From an uncultured Verrucomicrobiae bacterium (GTDB taxonomy: Bacteria > Verrucomicrobiota > Verrucomicrobiia > Chthoniobacterales > UBA10450): DNA of 64,000 nt. Within the stretch, counting starts at the first letter, position 1; every line of letters starts with the position of its first letter. A program made the translations under genes and the position numbers. Below, piece after piece: positions 8,422 to 18,711 of the stretch. Under the pieces are notes generated by a model that worked only from the letters and a program-made list of their open reading frames with translations, had not been told where the DNA came from and ran no database searches. The stretch covers positions 1 to 64,000 of the forward strand of contig CAVTMK010000002.1 in assembly GCA_963735805.1 (NCBI GenBank), read 5' to 3'.

Positions 8422-10818
8422 TTATTGGCCCTTTAAGACAGCGGGGCGCCAATCCGGCTTCTTCAAACTCCCAGTGCCGGCGTACTCGAAAAGTTTATAC
8501 ACTGGTGTAAGCACCAAGCCGGGTCCCTTCATATTCAGCCGCAGATTAAAATCGAGCTTGTCATCGAGGAAATGGACATCGCCATGACCCAGCATGTTAA
8601 AGAGCGTCCCGTCTGCATCGAAATCGTCGGTATGAATGATTCCGTTATCGACCTTGACATTCGCGGTGGCGGTGTGCGCGACGTTGTATCCGCTCCCGGG
8701 AAGAATTCGGTTCAAAATTCCTGAAAGGGGCCCGAAAATCGGGATGGCGAAAACATCGCCGTCGGTTACTTCCACTTTTCCTCGGCCCCGCATCGTGCGG
8801 GCATCGTTGCCGAGGCCGGTGAAGTCGTACGTGCCATTCAAGACGCCGAGCGCTGTCTTATAGTTGTAGTACAAATTAGTCAGTAGCGGGAAATTGATTT
8901 CGCTTACAGAAATATTTGCCCGATAATGTGGATCGTTTCGTGCCAGTGAGATGTCGGCGTTTCCATGCAACGTGCCCGAAAGAAGCGCGCCGCGAAGGTC
9001 CATGATTTGCAATCGGTCGTTGGTGAAAAGCAATCGCGCGGAGATGCGATCGAACGGCAACGTTTTTCCAAGAAAAACATAATCCATTCCATTCGCGCCA
9101 TCTACCTTGACCTCCAGACGTGTGTTCTTGCCACCGTGAAATTGATACAAGCCATTCGCCGTGACGGATGGCGGCCGCCGAAACTTATACGGGACGACCG
9201 TGTTCCAAACCTTCGGATCGATCCAAAAAATTACCTCGGCAGGATTCAGAGAGCTTTTGATATTGGAGATGCGTACCTCGTGTTTCTTAAAATCGTAGGC
9301 AAAACTGCCAGAGCCGGAGCCCTCATTACGGGTCACGTGCAAATCCTCACAAGTAAGCGCCCCCTCGGCGAAGTGGATTTTGGCATCCGCGCTATTCAAC
9401 CACGTGCCGCGAAAGCGGGTTCGTCCCAAAACGACAGCGCCATCGCCCTTCCAACTTGCCGGGTCGTGATCCTGGCCTCGAATGGCGAGTCGGATGGTGG
9501 GCGAACGTTGCCATTGCCACTGCCGGAGAAATTCGTTCACCTCCGAGGGTGCGATCCCACGGATCGCATCCGGGGCAATTGTGCTTTCAATGTTTAAACG
9601 AAAATCCGCCGGCGCATCCAAAAGATCGGCTCGGACCTGGCCGGTTTGATTTCGGAGGCGCAGGTCCCTGACCAGTGTGCGTTCGCCGTCCCACGAAAAA
9701 TCAGCTACGAGATCGGAGAATGGAACTTTCTTGAAAGTGAACCGCCCAAAGGCAACGTGTCCAATAACATCAGGCCTGAAGCGATTCGATCCAAAATTTA
9801 CCAGGCCAGAAATTTCAGCCGTCGGCGGCGCTTGAAATTGAATGCTGGCAAATGGCTCGCCCAGTCCAAACGCGTCAAGAAAAGCTTTCAAATCCAGACT
9901 GCTGCGTGCCTGGAAACTCGCGCTGCTGCCTTCCACATTCCAATTGCCGCGCCCGGCAAAACTGCCCAAGCCGTCATTCCACTCGCAATGTGCAATGGTC
10001 AGTTGTTGATTGTTCCATTCTGCGACCGTGGAGAGGTCTCTGATTTCGTAGCTCCCCCGCTGCAGTCGATCGCCTCGGAGTGTCGCTTCCACGTGCGCCT
10101 TCTCGATCTCGGCGACGTCACCGCTAAATTTTATCTGCAAGGAGGGAGGCGTGCCCAAGAACCTGAACTTCTGCAATTCGTTCACCGCGCGTTGTGCAAT
10201 AAACAATCGCCTCTGCCATTCTTCAGCTGAAAGCGCGGGAGACGTTTGATAATTCTCCCGCTTGATTAGGTGCCCAGTGGCAGAAATCCGAATCCCGCAA
10301 AAGATTCCTTCCGCCTGGCTGACGTAAATTTGTTCTGGCGGAAAATAAACGTGTGCTCGCAAGCCGGTGAGCACGGCTTTATCGCCTTTTTCGTCGGCCG
10401 CCTTAAATGGAAAAATGATTTGGGCATCGCGCACATCGAGTGCGTTGAGGAACGGCTCATGATGGATCAGCGCAGCGTAATTTATATCAAGGGAGACCTC
10501 GCTGATCCGGGCCAGCGTGTTCTCGCGGTTCTTGTAATCAAAAATCCGAACGTTTTTTGCTACGAGACCACGAAACGGGTCCAGGGTCAGACGCCCAATG
10601 CTTGCCTCGACACCGCGCTTATGCAATTCCTCCACAACGCGGTAACGCCACTGCCGGCCAAAGCCTCTTTTGGCGAGGTAATAGCCGCCGCCGGCGATGC
10701 CAATTGCTACGCCAAGAATCACGAGACGCACGAAGGTCACGAAGATTCGATGTGCCCAGGTTGATTTTCGACGTCGTCGAAGGGGCCGAACCTGGGGTGG
10801 TTCGAGGACGGGCGGCAT
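8422..10818 (-). CDS. AsmA-like envelope protein
   Basis: Single N-terminal TM helix, long beta-rich body and AsmA-like C-terminus. Confidence 0.7.
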   Translation of the reverse strand: MPPVLEPPQVRPLRRRRKSTWAHRIFVTFVRLVILGVAIGIAGGGYYLAKRGFGRQWRYRVVEELHKRGVEASIGRLTLDPFRGLVAKNVRIFDYKNRENTLARISEVSLDINYAALIHHEPFLNALDVRDAQIIFPFKAADEKGDKAVLTGLRAHVYFPPEQIYVSQAEGIFCGIRISATGHLIKRENYQTSPALSAEEWQRRLFIAQRAVNELQKFRFLGTPPSLQIKFSGDVAEIEKAHVEATLRGDRLQRGSYEIRDLSTVAEWNNQQLTIAHCEWNDGLGSFAGRGNWNVEGSSASFQARSSLDLKAFLDAFGLGEPFASIQFQAPPTAEISGLVNFGSNRFRPDVIGHVAFGRFTFKKVPFSDLVADFSWDGERTLVRDLRLRNQTGQVRADLLDAPADFRLNIESTIAPDAIRGIAPSEVNEFLRQWQWQRSPTIRLAIRGQDHDPASWKGDGAVVLGRTRFRGTWLNSADAKIHFAEGALTCEDLHVTRNEGSGSGSFAYDFKKHEVRISNIKSSLNPAEVIFWIDPKVWNTVVPYKFRRPPSVTANGLYQFHGGKNTRLEVKVDGANGMDYVFLGKTLPFDRISARLLFTNDRLQIMDLRGALLSGTLHGNADISLARNDPHYRANISVSEINFPLLTNLYYNYKTALGVLNGTYDFTGLGNDARTMRGRGKVEVTDGDVFAIPIFGPLSGILNRILPGSGYNVAHTATANVKVDNGIIHTDDFDADGTLFNMLGHGDVHFLDDKLDFNLRLNMKGPGLVLTPVYKLFEYAGTGSLKKPDWRPAVLKGQ

Positions 10819-10824
10819 GGTGTT

Positions 10825-10898
10825 CGTTGAAGCGTTAAGGCGTTGCAGCGTTCAGGAGGTAGACCATTGTACGTCTTTAACGGTTCAACGCTTCAACG
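10825..10898. repeat. Inverted array of octamers (CGTTGAAG-like x4 / CTTCAACG-like x3)
   Basis: CGTTGAAG CGTTAAGG CGTTGCAG CGTTCAGG ... CTTTAACG GTTCAACG CTTCAACG. Confidence 0.8.
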
Positions 10899-11329
10899 TG
10901 ATATCAATCTCCGATCTTCCGGCAATTAATGCTTCACTGAATTTAGTCAGCACAATTTTCATCTCAATGGGCTGGTACTTCATCCGGAATGGCGCGTGGC
11001 GCCGGCATATGGCGTGCATGATCGCGGCGGTAGTTTCCTCGACTTGTTTTCTGACGGGCTACATCATTTATCATGCGAACGTAGGTGAAAAATCTTCGGG
11101 ATACACCGGATGGATCGCTGCCATTTACTTTCCAATATTGGCCTCGCACGTACTACTTGCTTTTGTGACGCTGCCTTTGGTGATTATTACGCTCGTTCAG
11201 GTTTTTCGTCGCCGATGGGATCGGCATAGACGAATCGCACGTTGGGCGATTCCGATCTGGCTTTATGTCTCAGTCACGGGCGTGCTTGTGTATTTGATGC
11301 TTTACAAATGGTTTCCTCCGGGAGCGTGA
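10898..11329 (+). CDS. DUF420 (YozB/CtaM-like) membrane protein
   Basis: LPAINASLN, H...M, ILASHVLLA, HRRIARW..PIWLYVSVTGVLVY; GTG start inferred. Confidence 0.85.
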   Translation: MISISDLPAINASLNLVSTIFISMGWYFIRNGAWRRHMACMIAAVVSSTCFLTGYIIYHANVGEKSSGYTGWIAAIYFPILASHVLLAFVTLPLVIITLVQVFRRRWDRHRRIARWAIPIWLYVSVTGVLVYLMLYKWFPPGA

Positions 11330-11403
11330 TGCCAAAATCTTGCACTTGGCCGTTAGTTGATGTTTGATCACACGGTGTTAATGCCGCGGATGAGAGAAGA
11401 TTT

Positions 11404-11862
11404 ATGGTGACGATTGCCACGTTCAATGATCCGGCCAAGGCGAGGCAACTAAAACGGCGCTTCCACGATGCGGGGTTGCGAGCCGATGTTCACAACGAGG
11501 CGCCCTTACAGCAGGTTGGCTTCATGTCGCGCCCGCAGGCGAATGCAAAAGTGATGGTGGAAGACACCGATTTCGAAAGAGCGCAAAATCTCATGGTGGA
11601 GTGGGAGGCGACTGATCCCGATATTTCGGGAGCTCTGGTCCGTTGCCCGCAATGCGGCTCCTCAAATATCGAATATCCCCAGATGACTCGAAAATTCGTG
11701 ACTCCCGCACTGGTCGGTGTACTTTGCGCACTCAAAATCATTCCCAAGGAGTTTTACTGCCAGGATTGCCATTTTACCTGGAGCAACCGGGAAGAGCCAA
11801 CCATCGGACGGCTCTGGCATCGCTTCTTTCCAGGAAGCGAATCCGGGACCGGTGCTTCGTAG
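11404..11862 (+). CDS. DUF2007-like protein with CxxC...CxxC zinc ribbon
   Basis: MVTIATFNDP N-terminus; CPQC and CQDC pairs flank a hydrophobic stretch. Confidence 0.7.
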   Translation: MVTIATFNDPAKARQLKRRFHDAGLRADVHNEAPLQQVGFMSRPQANAKVMVEDTDFERAQNLMVEWEATDPDISGALVRCPQCGSSNIEYPQMTRKFVTPALVGVLCALKIIPKEFYCQDCHFTWSNREEPTIGRLWHRFFPGSESGTGAS

Positions 11863-11986
11863 GCAAAGCCGATTCAGTGGCGGCGATTGATTCCTTGCAC
11901 ATGATTCTTCCTGCGATGGGTCCTTGTTTTTTCGCACGTGGCGACTCTCGGATCTTGCCAGGATTCTCGGTCGCGCTTTGCCCGCC

Positions 11987-12829
11987 ATGAAGTGGCTTTT
12001 TGTATTACTGCTGGCCTTGGTCATCTTTGGCGGCGCCGCCTGGTTCGGCTACAACACCTTTGTAAAAGAGGAAATCGCGGTGAAAAAAGAGCAGCGTGGA
12101 GAAGTTACGCCTGCTCCTGTGCCGGACATCAGCCTCCCCGAATTTCAAGCTGCCGCGCAACTGCGGCAGGAAGGGAAACTGACGGAGGCTCGCGATGCCC
12201 TCGTCGCGTTCATCCAAAAGTATCCCAGCGGGAAACATTTGGATGAAGCAAAGGATCTGCTCGGGGAAACAAACGTAGCGATTTTGCTTTCGCGTCATCC
12301 GTCTCCGGAAAAGGCGGAGTACGTCGTAAAATCCGGAGACGTGCTGGCCAAGATTGCGCGTAAACTGAAGACGACGCCGGAGATGATCATGCGCATGAAT
12401 AATCTGAGCGGCACGATGCTGCACATTGGCGACCGTTTGCTCGTTTCACACCCGGATTTCACAATTGTTATTCAACGAAAGGCGAATCTGATTGTGCTTT
12501 TGAATCGCGGCGCATTTTTCAAACAATATCATGTTCACGAAGCAAAGTTATCAGGCAAACAACCGGCCAAAATCTCAGCAAAAGTTGCCGAAATCATGGC
12601 TTGGAAGGACGGGAAACGTGTAGGTATCGGGAGCAGGGAGTACGCTGCCAGCACTCGGTGGATCCGCCTGGGCGGGGCGGCCTCTTACACTTTATATTCA
12701 GTGCCCGATTCTACTCATCCCAATCTCGACCAGCCGCCACCGCCAGTGGGACTCGGACTGGAGGCTTCCGACATTGAGGAGCTAAGCAGCCTTGTAAAGA
12801 ACGGCACGCCTGTCACCATTGTCGACTAA
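11987..12829 (+). CDS. Membrane-anchored LysM protein with degenerate YkuD-like C-terminus
   Basis: N-terminal TM, TPR-like helix pair, LysM (YVVKSGDVLAKIA...LHIGDRL), C-terminal ..VKNGTPVTIVD. Confidence 0.8.
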   Translation: MKWLFVLLLALVIFGGAAWFGYNTFVKEEIAVKKEQRGEVTPAPVPDISLPEFQAAAQLRQEGKLTEARDALVAFIQKYPSGKHLDEAKDLLGETNVAILLSRHPSPEKAEYVVKSGDVLAKIARKLKTTPEMIMRMNNLSGTMLHIGDRLLVSHPDFTIVIQRKANLIVLLNRGAFFKQYHVHEAKLSGKQPAKISAKVAEIMAWKDGKRVGIGSREYAASTRWIRLGGAASYTLYSVPDSTHPNLDQPPPPVGLGLEASDIEELSSLVKNGTPVTIVD

Positions 12830-12831
12830 GG

Positions 12832-12921
12832 CGTTGAAGTGCTGAAACGGTATCCGTTGACGCGGGTAAAATCGATGCGCTTACTTGACGCTTTAACGCT
12901 TCAACGCTTTAACCCTTAACG
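12832..12921. repeat. Second copy of the octamer repeat family
   Basis: CGTTGAAG ... CTTTAACG CTTCAACG CTTTAACC CTTAACG immediately before accA. Confidence 0.75.
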
Positions 12922-12924
12922 CCA

Positions 12925-13911
12925 ATGGAACTGCAACCGCTCGATTTTGAAAAACCGATCTTCGAGCTGGAACGGCGGTTGCAGGATCTAAAGAATCACT
13001 CCGACGAGCATGACGTCGATCTTGATTCGGCCGTTAAGGCCGTTGAGGAGAAACTTCGTGAAACGCGCCGGCAAATTTATAGCAAACTCACTGCCTGGCA
13101 GCGTGTGCAAATCGCGCGGCATACACAGCGGCCGTTCGCCATGGACTACATCGAACGCTGCTTTACAAACTGGATCGAGCTGCGTGGAGATCGCCGCTTT
13201 GCTGACGATCGAGCCATGCCTTGCGGTCTGGCCACCCTTGGCACGCAACGCTGTGTCGTTATCACTCACCAAAAGGGTCGCAACACGAAAGAAAATGTAA
13301 TGCGCAATTTCGGCTGCGCCCATCCTGAAGGTTATCGCAAAGCGCGGCGATTGATGCGACTGGCGGAAAAATTTCGTATGCCCGTGATCTCATTGATCGA
13401 CACACCGGGAGCGTTTCCCGGGATTGGATCGGAGGAACGCCACATTTCAGAGGCAATAGCTGTAAATCTTCTCGAAATGATGAGGCTTCGCGCGCCGATC
13501 ATTGCTGCGGTCATCGGCGAAGGCGGCTCAGGCGGAGCGCTAGGCATCGGCGTGGCGGACCGTGTATTGATCCTGGAAAATGCCTATTATTCCGTAATCA
13601 GCCCAGAAGCGTGTTCGGCGATTTTATGGAGAGACCGCCGGCACGCCGCTGAAGCGGCCGAAGCGCTTAAATTGACCGCACAGGATCTGTTGAAGCTGGA
13701 CGTAGTGGACCAAATTATTTCTGAACCGGAAGGTGGCGCACATCGGGGCTATGATTCCGTCGCCGGCAATCTCGGCACAGCATTGCGTCAAACACTTCAG
13801 GAGATTTCTAAAATTCCAACCGACGAACTATTGGAAAGACGATATCAAAAGTTTCGCCGGCTGGGTGTCTTCTCCGGAGGCAAAACTGGCACGACTTCAG
13901 CTCGTTTTTGA
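12925..13911 (+). CDS. accA: Acetyl-CoA carboxylase carboxyltransferase alpha subunit
   Basis: LDFEKPI, RNFG..HPEGYRKA, IDTPGAFPG, GEGGSGGAL, YSVISPE. Confidence 0.97.
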   Translation: MELQPLDFEKPIFELERRLQDLKNHSDEHDVDLDSAVKAVEEKLRETRRQIYSKLTAWQRVQIARHTQRPFAMDYIERCFTNWIELRGDRRFADDRAMPCGLATLGTQRCVVITHQKGRNTKENVMRNFGCAHPEGYRKARRLMRLAEKFRMPVISLIDTPGAFPGIGSEERHISEAIAVNLLEMMRLRAPIIAAVIGEGGSGGALGIGVADRVLILENAYYSVISPEACSAILWRDRRHAAEAAEALKLTAQDLLKLDVVDQIISEPEGGAHRGYDSVAGNLGTALRQTLQEISKIPTDELLERRYQKFRRLGVFSGGKTGTTSARF

Positions 13912-13915
13912 TGTG

Positions 13916-14716
13916 ATGGTTGGGAGTTGGGGAAAATTAGCGGGCATAGCGTGGCTTGGTGCAGTCGCTGTGGTCAGTGCGGCCACTGCCAGCACTGCTG
14001 AGCCCGAGTTTCGTTTCGACCGCGACACATTCGCGTTCGCTAATCAAACTGTGTTCGAATATCACGAAGGACACGCGTCTTTACGGAAATCGTCGACAGT
14101 AAGACGAGACGCATACAATCGCCATTGTTTCGTGTTATGCCGCACCGCCATGCAATTTAAAAAGTTTGCGCGATTCGATCCACGTGGCGCGCCCTTGGAC
14201 GATCCATCGTTGGCTGCTCGTGTTCGCGCTGTCACACACCAGGCCGCTTGGACAGAGCCATTGCCGAGAGATCGACGAATTGTTTTTCCAGGTTACAGGG
14301 ATCTACGCGAAATGAGCAAGGCACGCCGCGAACTTTTACAGCGAAACATCGGGCACGGCTGGCCAAGCTATTTCCGAATCAGCAATGCGCGCATGTTAAT
14401 TCAGGAGGGTCCCGGGTACCAGGAGCAGACTCACGCTCGCCTGAATGCAGCCTTGGCTCGCAGAAAGGTGTTTATTGGCTTCCTGACGACGTATCCGAGC
14501 TTCAGCATCAATCACTCGGTTTTAATTTATAAACAAAAGTCTTTTTCCCCGAATCCTGGAGTTGAGCGCTACTTCGTTTACGATCCCAATCACCCGGAAT
14601 CACCGCGCGAGCTGATCTGGTCTCCTGGTAATCGCAGTTTTTCGTACCAAAAAGATTGGGACTTTATTGGCGGCTTCGTTCGCGTGTATCAGGTTTACGA
14701 CAAGCCGTTGCAGTAA
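13916..14716 (+). CDS. Hypothetical exported protein
   Basis: Signal-peptide-like N-terminus; Cys (HCF), His (NHSV) and YDPN could form a papain-like triad (speculative). Confidence 0.65.
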   Translation: MVGSWGKLAGIAWLGAVAVVSAATASTAEPEFRFDRDTFAFANQTVFEYHEGHASLRKSSTVRRDAYNRHCFVLCRTAMQFKKFARFDPRGAPLDDPSLAARVRAVTHQAAWTEPLPRDRRIVFPGYRDLREMSKARRELLQRNIGHGWPSYFRISNARMLIQEGPGYQEQTHARLNAALARRKVFIGFLTTYPSFSINHSVLIYKQKSFSPNPGVERYFVYDPNHPESPRELIWSPGNRSFSYQKDWDFIGGFVRVYQVYDKPLQ

Positions 14717-14741
14717 GAACGATTCTCTGAAGAGGACGCAA

Positions 14742-14843
14742 ATGCCTGAAACTCCATCACCACCCAAGCCGACTCCACCCAGCCCAACGCCGCCTCCTGA
14801 ACCATTGCCGCCGAATCCACCGGTCCCGCCAATGGGCCGGTGA
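14742..14843 (+). CDS. 33-aa proline-rich microprotein
   Basis: GAGGA SD 5 nt upstream; MPETPSPPKPTPPSPTPPPEPLPPNPPVPPMGR; all four Pro codons used. Confidence 0.55.
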   Translation: MPETPSPPKPTPPSPTPPPEPLPPNPPVPPMGR

Positions 14844-14847
14844 GGAT

Positions 14848-15651
14848 TTATTTTGCGGATGGAAATAAGAACTGCAGCGCTGGGTCGACCCGCGCCGCCC
14901 AGGCCCTTTCGCTATGATCGGCGCCTTGAGCTTCCATGTACTGGAGATCCTTGTTGAGCTTCCAGCCTTTCTCGACAAGACGATTGAGTAACTCTCGCGC
15001 GTGTTCCCAACCAGGTTCGGCTGTGCCGGTATCCAGCCAGATTTTCAACGGTGGTTTTTGCTCGATCGAATCGACGAGTCGATAAATTGCGAAATTGTCC
15101 CACCAGATTGATGGCGACATCACCATAAGCCGTCCGAAGACTTGAGGGTATAAAATTCCAATCGCCAGCGTAACGAGACCGCCCAGGGATGAACCGCCCA
15201 GCCCTGTGAATTCCGCGCCCGGGATGGTTCGATATTTCCGGTCGATGTACGGTTTGAGTTCGTTCATTAGAAAGTACCCATACTTTCGGGCCAGACCCTT
15301 GCTGCGTTTCTTGCGTTTTGCCCTGACGTCAATAACTCCTCGCGTCGGGGCGTATTCGTCAACACGTTGCTCGCCTGTGTTGGCAACCGCCACGACGATG
15401 AGTGATTCGACAAGGTTCTCTTTGATCAAGCGTTCGGCTGCCTCGTCCACACCCCATTCCACGCCCGAAAACGAAGTTGCAGCATCGAAAACATTTTGGC
15501 CGTCCTGCAAATAGAGCACTGGATAGCGCTGTTGAGAGAAACGGCGGTAATCGCGCGGCAAATAAACCAGAACATCCCGCCGATTCCCGAGAATCTTCGA
15601 CGGAAACGCGCGGTGGCGTTTGATGTTTCCAGTGAGCGTGTGTTTGGGCAT
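14848..15651 (-). CDS. Alpha/beta-hydrolase, putative esterase family
   Basis: VYLP, YPVLYLQDGQN, GSSLGG nucleophile elbow, DTGT, HSE. Confidence 0.9.
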   Translation of the reverse strand: MPKHTLTGNIKRHRAFPSKILGNRRDVLVYLPRDYRRFSQQRYPVLYLQDGQNVFDAATSFSGVEWGVDEAAERLIKENLVESLIVVAVANTGEQRVDEYAPTRGVIDVRAKRKKRSKGLARKYGYFLMNELKPYIDRKYRTIPGAEFTGLGGSSLGGLVTLAIGILYPQVFGRLMVMSPSIWWDNFAIYRLVDSIEQKPPLKIWLDTGTAEPGWEHARELLNRLVEKGWKLNKDLQYMEAQGADHSERAWAARVDPALQFLFPSAK

Positions 15652-15781
15652 TGAAAAACGAGACGCTTCGCCGAAAATCCAATGTAACGCAAGCCTCGCA
15701 AGTCCGTCCATCCGGACATGTCCATCTGTTGATGAGCTTGCGATTTGACCGCCCCGCTACCAAGATGACGGGCTACTTTCA

Positions 15782-16489
15782 ATGAACGAACGTTACATCA
15801 AATGGTACACGCCTTGGTTGAGCCGCGAATTTGAAATGCTTGTGTTCGGAAATGGCGGCCTGCCGCTAATTCTCTTCCCGACCTCATTTGGCCGCTATTA
15901 CCAAAACAAAGATTTCGGTCTGATCGGGTCGGTGAGCGACTATGTGGATGCGGGCAGGCTGACAGTTTATTGCCCGGACGCCATCGATCTGGAAAGCTTT
16001 TACAATAAATCGATTCATCCAGCCGACCGGATGCGCACCCATAACGCGTATGAAAATGTAATCGTGCACGATGTGTTCGATCTCGCGCGCCGTGAATGTA
16101 ATTGCCATCGTGTAGCGGTCAGCGGAGCCAGTCTTGGGGCCTATCACGCCGCGAATATTGCCTTTCGTCACCCGGACGCCGTCAGTCACCTCATCAGCTT
16201 GAGCGGCTCATTCGATATCAGCTCGTTTTTCGACGGCTATCATGACGACGACATTTATTTCAACAGCCCCTTTGAATATCTACCCAACGTGCCCGACCCG
16301 TGGAAATACAATCACATGAGCATCATCCTCGGCACTGGTGAATGGGACAACACACGCCACGAATCCTATCGCTTATCTGAAATTTTGAATTCAAAGGGCG
16401 TTAAGCACTGGCTCGACGACGGTAAGTGGCGCGGCCACGATTGGAACTACTGGCGCGACATGCTGCCGCATTATTTGTCCGTATTATGA
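15782..16489 (+). CDS. Esterase-family alpha/beta-hydrolase
   Basis: FPTS, GASLGA, GEWD, HDWNYW. Confidence 0.88.
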   Translation: MNERYIKWYTPWLSREFEMLVFGNGGLPLILFPTSFGRYYQNKDFGLIGSVSDYVDAGRLTVYCPDAIDLESFYNKSIHPADRMRTHNAYENVIVHDVFDLARRECNCHRVAVSGASLGAYHAANIAFRHPDAVSHLISLSGSFDISSFFDGYHDDDIYFNSPFEYLPNVPDPWKYNHMSIILGTGEWDNTRHESYRLSEILNSKGVKHWLDDGKWRGHDWNYWRDMLPHYLSVL

Positions 16490-16502
16490 TCTTTTCGTGC
16501 CG

Positions 16503-17078
16503 ATGAAAGTGGTGATTGCCGCAACCGGCGCCAGCGGAACGATCTATCTGCAAAGGTTGCTTGCGCAGATTGATTGTGTCGCGCACGAGGTTCACCTGGT
16601 GATGAGCACACATGCGAATGAGGTAGCGAGGCAGGAGCTCGATGATTTCAAGATCCCCCCGAATGTCTCGCAGCACTCTGAAAATGATATGAACGTGCCA
16701 TTCGTCAGCGGCTCAACACGTTTCGACGCGATGGTGATTGTTCCTTGTTCGATGGCAACTCTGGGACGAATCGCTTCCGGTTCGAGCGATAGTGTGCTGT
16801 TGCGGGCCGCCGATGTTTTCTTGAAGGAACGCCGGAAATTGATTCTCGTTCCACGCGAAACACCCTGGAATTTGATTCACGCACGCAATGTAGTGAGCTT
16901 GCTTGAAGCGGGAGCGGTTGTGTTGCCGGCGATGCCTTCGTTCTACAGCCGTCCAGATAGCGTAACCTCAATCGTGGATACGGTAGTCTGGCGTATTCTG
17001 GATCAAATTGGGTTGCCGAGCCCCAAGACGTATCGTTGGGGAGAGAAGAACGCCTCAGCGAAACGTACGAAAAATTGA
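16503..17078 (+). CDS. ubiX: Flavin prenyltransferase
   Basis: TGASG, SGS, PCSMATL, RAADV.LKERR.LILVPRETP, PSFY. Confidence 0.93.
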   Translation: MKVVIAATGASGTIYLQRLLAQIDCVAHEVHLVMSTHANEVARQELDDFKIPPNVSQHSENDMNVPFVSGSTRFDAMVIVPCSMATLGRIASGSSDSVLLRAADVFLKERRKLILVPRETPWNLIHARNVVSLLEAGAVVLPAMPSFYSRPDSVTSIVDTVVWRILDQIGLPSPKTYRWGEKNASAKRTKN

Positions 17079-17719
17079 AGATCGAAGGTTGCCTCGCGCG
17101 ATGGTTGATCGCGTTTGGAGTTTATTTGTTGCAGATTTGGGCGCGAACGCTGCGTTATGAGCTCGACGACCCGGCTGGAATCGCTGGCAAACCGGTGACG
17201 GAAAATTATATCGGCGCGCTGTGGCACAATCGACTGCTCATCTTTCCATTGGTCTTGCGGCGGTTTTTTCCAAATCGCGGCGGTGCAGCCCTTATAAGCG
17301 CCAGTCGTGACGGCGATTTGCTCGCCGCCGCAATCCGCCGCTTTGGCTACGAAGTGGTTCGCGGTTCGAGCTCTCGCCTTGGAGCGAGCGCAATTCTTCA
17401 GCTGACAGAGGTGCTGGCGTCCGGCCGCGATGTGGTAATCACTCCAGACGGTCCGCGTGGGCCGGCTTACGAACTGGGTCCGGGGATTATTTTCCTTGCC
17501 CAGAAATCAGGGGCCGCAGTATTGCCGATGAATCTGGAATATTCGCATTGCTGGCGGCTGGGGAGTTGGGACCGTTTCATCGTACCGCGGCCATTTGCAA
17601 GAGTACGCGTCCTAATCGGCCGGCCGCATCGCGTCGAAGCAACAAGTACACCTGAGGAATTTGAAAAGGAACGCGTGGCGTTGCAGAACTGCATGATGGC
17701 ATTGGTTACGATGCGCTGA
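17075..17719 (+). CDS. DUF374 / lysophospholipid acyltransferase family protein
   Basis: [38 protein letters not shown] start overlaps the ubiX stop. Confidence 0.85.
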   Translation: MKIEGCLARWLIAFGVYLLQIWARTLRYELDDPAGIAGKPVTENYIGALWHNRLLIFPLVLRRFFPNRGGAALISASRDGDLLAAAIRRFGYEVVRGSSSRLGASAILQLTEVLASGRDVVITPDGPRGPAYELGPGIIFLAQKSGAAVLPMNLEYSHCWRLGSWDRFIVPRPFARVRVLIGRPHRVEATSTPEEFEKERVALQNCMMALVTMR

Positions 17720-17780
17720 AGCGGCTAACGCAATGCTCACTTGCACGCCGGACGCTCGCAGGCAGGATTGCCTGCTCATT

Positions 17781-18659
17781 ATGCCTAACCTCATCGATGG
17801 ACGTGCGATCGCGGAGAAAGTTTATGTCGAATTGCGGCGCGAGATTGCGGAACTAAAAGCAAAAGGCCTGACCCCCGGTCTTGCCGTCGTTCTTGTGGGA
17901 GACGACCCAGCCTCCCGCGCGTACGTGCGGGCGAAGGACAAAATGTGTCGCGAGCTTGGGTTGCACTCCGTGAAGTTGGAACTGCCGGCGTCAACCACTC
18001 AAATGGACCTTCTCCGTCGCGTTAAAGAATTGAACGCCGACTCCACTATTCATGGAATTCTGGTGCAATCGCCGCCCCCCGCGCACATTGACGAAGCGGC
18101 CATTGTTCGCGCGCTCGATCCACGCAAAGACGTGGATGGATTTCATCCGGAGAACGTCGCGAAGCTGGTACTCGACGATCCAAGCGGCTTTGTTCCGTGC
18201 ACGCCGTTGGGCGTCCAGCGGCTGCTGATAGAAAGCAAGATCAACCTGAATGGCGCGCACGTGGTGGTCCTCGGGCGCAGCATGATTGTGGGGAAACCGC
18301 TGGCCCTGCTTCTCATGCAGAAAAACCAGGAGGCTAACGCCACGGTCACGGTCGTGCATTCGCGAAGTCGCGATCTCGCGGAGATTACTCGCGCGGCCGA
18401 TATTATCGTTGCCGCGATTGGTCGCGCGGAATTTGTGAAAGCCGAACACGTGCGCGCGGGTGCCGTCGTTATCGATGTTGGCATTAATCGCGTGGAGGAT
18501 GGAGCGGCGCAGCGTGGTTATCGCCTCGTGGGCGATGTCGCATTTGACGAAGTCTCAAAGAAAGCGAGCGCAATCACGCCAGTTCCCGGCGGCGTGGGGC
18601 CGATGACCATCGCGATGCTGATGTCCAACACGGTCAAAGCGGCTCGGCAATCGGTGTAG
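17781..18659 (+). CDS. folD: Methylene-THF dehydrogenase/cyclohydrolase
   Basis: [38 protein letters not shown]. Confidence 0.97.
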   Translation: MPNLIDGRAIAEKVYVELRREIAELKAKGLTPGLAVVLVGDDPASRAYVRAKDKMCRELGLHSVKLELPASTTQMDLLRRVKELNADSTIHGILVQSPPPAHIDEAAIVRALDPRKDVDGFHPENVAKLVLDDPSGFVPCTPLGVQRLLIESKINLNGAHVVVLGRSMIVGKPLALLLMQKNQEANATVTVVHSRSRDLAEITRAADIIVAAIGRAEFVKAEHVRAGAVVIDVGINRVEDGAAQRGYRLVGDVAFDEVSKKASAITPVPGGVGPMTIAMLMSNTVKAARQSV

Positions 18660-18711
18660 CCACGTGCCTGCGGCACGTCCATCCCAAACGTCCCACATGG
18701 CCATGGCTACA
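18655..18711. repeat. GTAG-type REP-like palindrome between convergent genes
   Basis: TGTAGCCA...TGGCTACA with inner ACGTGCC-tgc-GGCACGT hairpin. Confidence 0.7.

Noticed and set aside
11357..11373. TTGAT...ATCAC FNR-like site
   Set aside because: Spacer is 5 rather than 4, one half is mismatched, and it is isolated.
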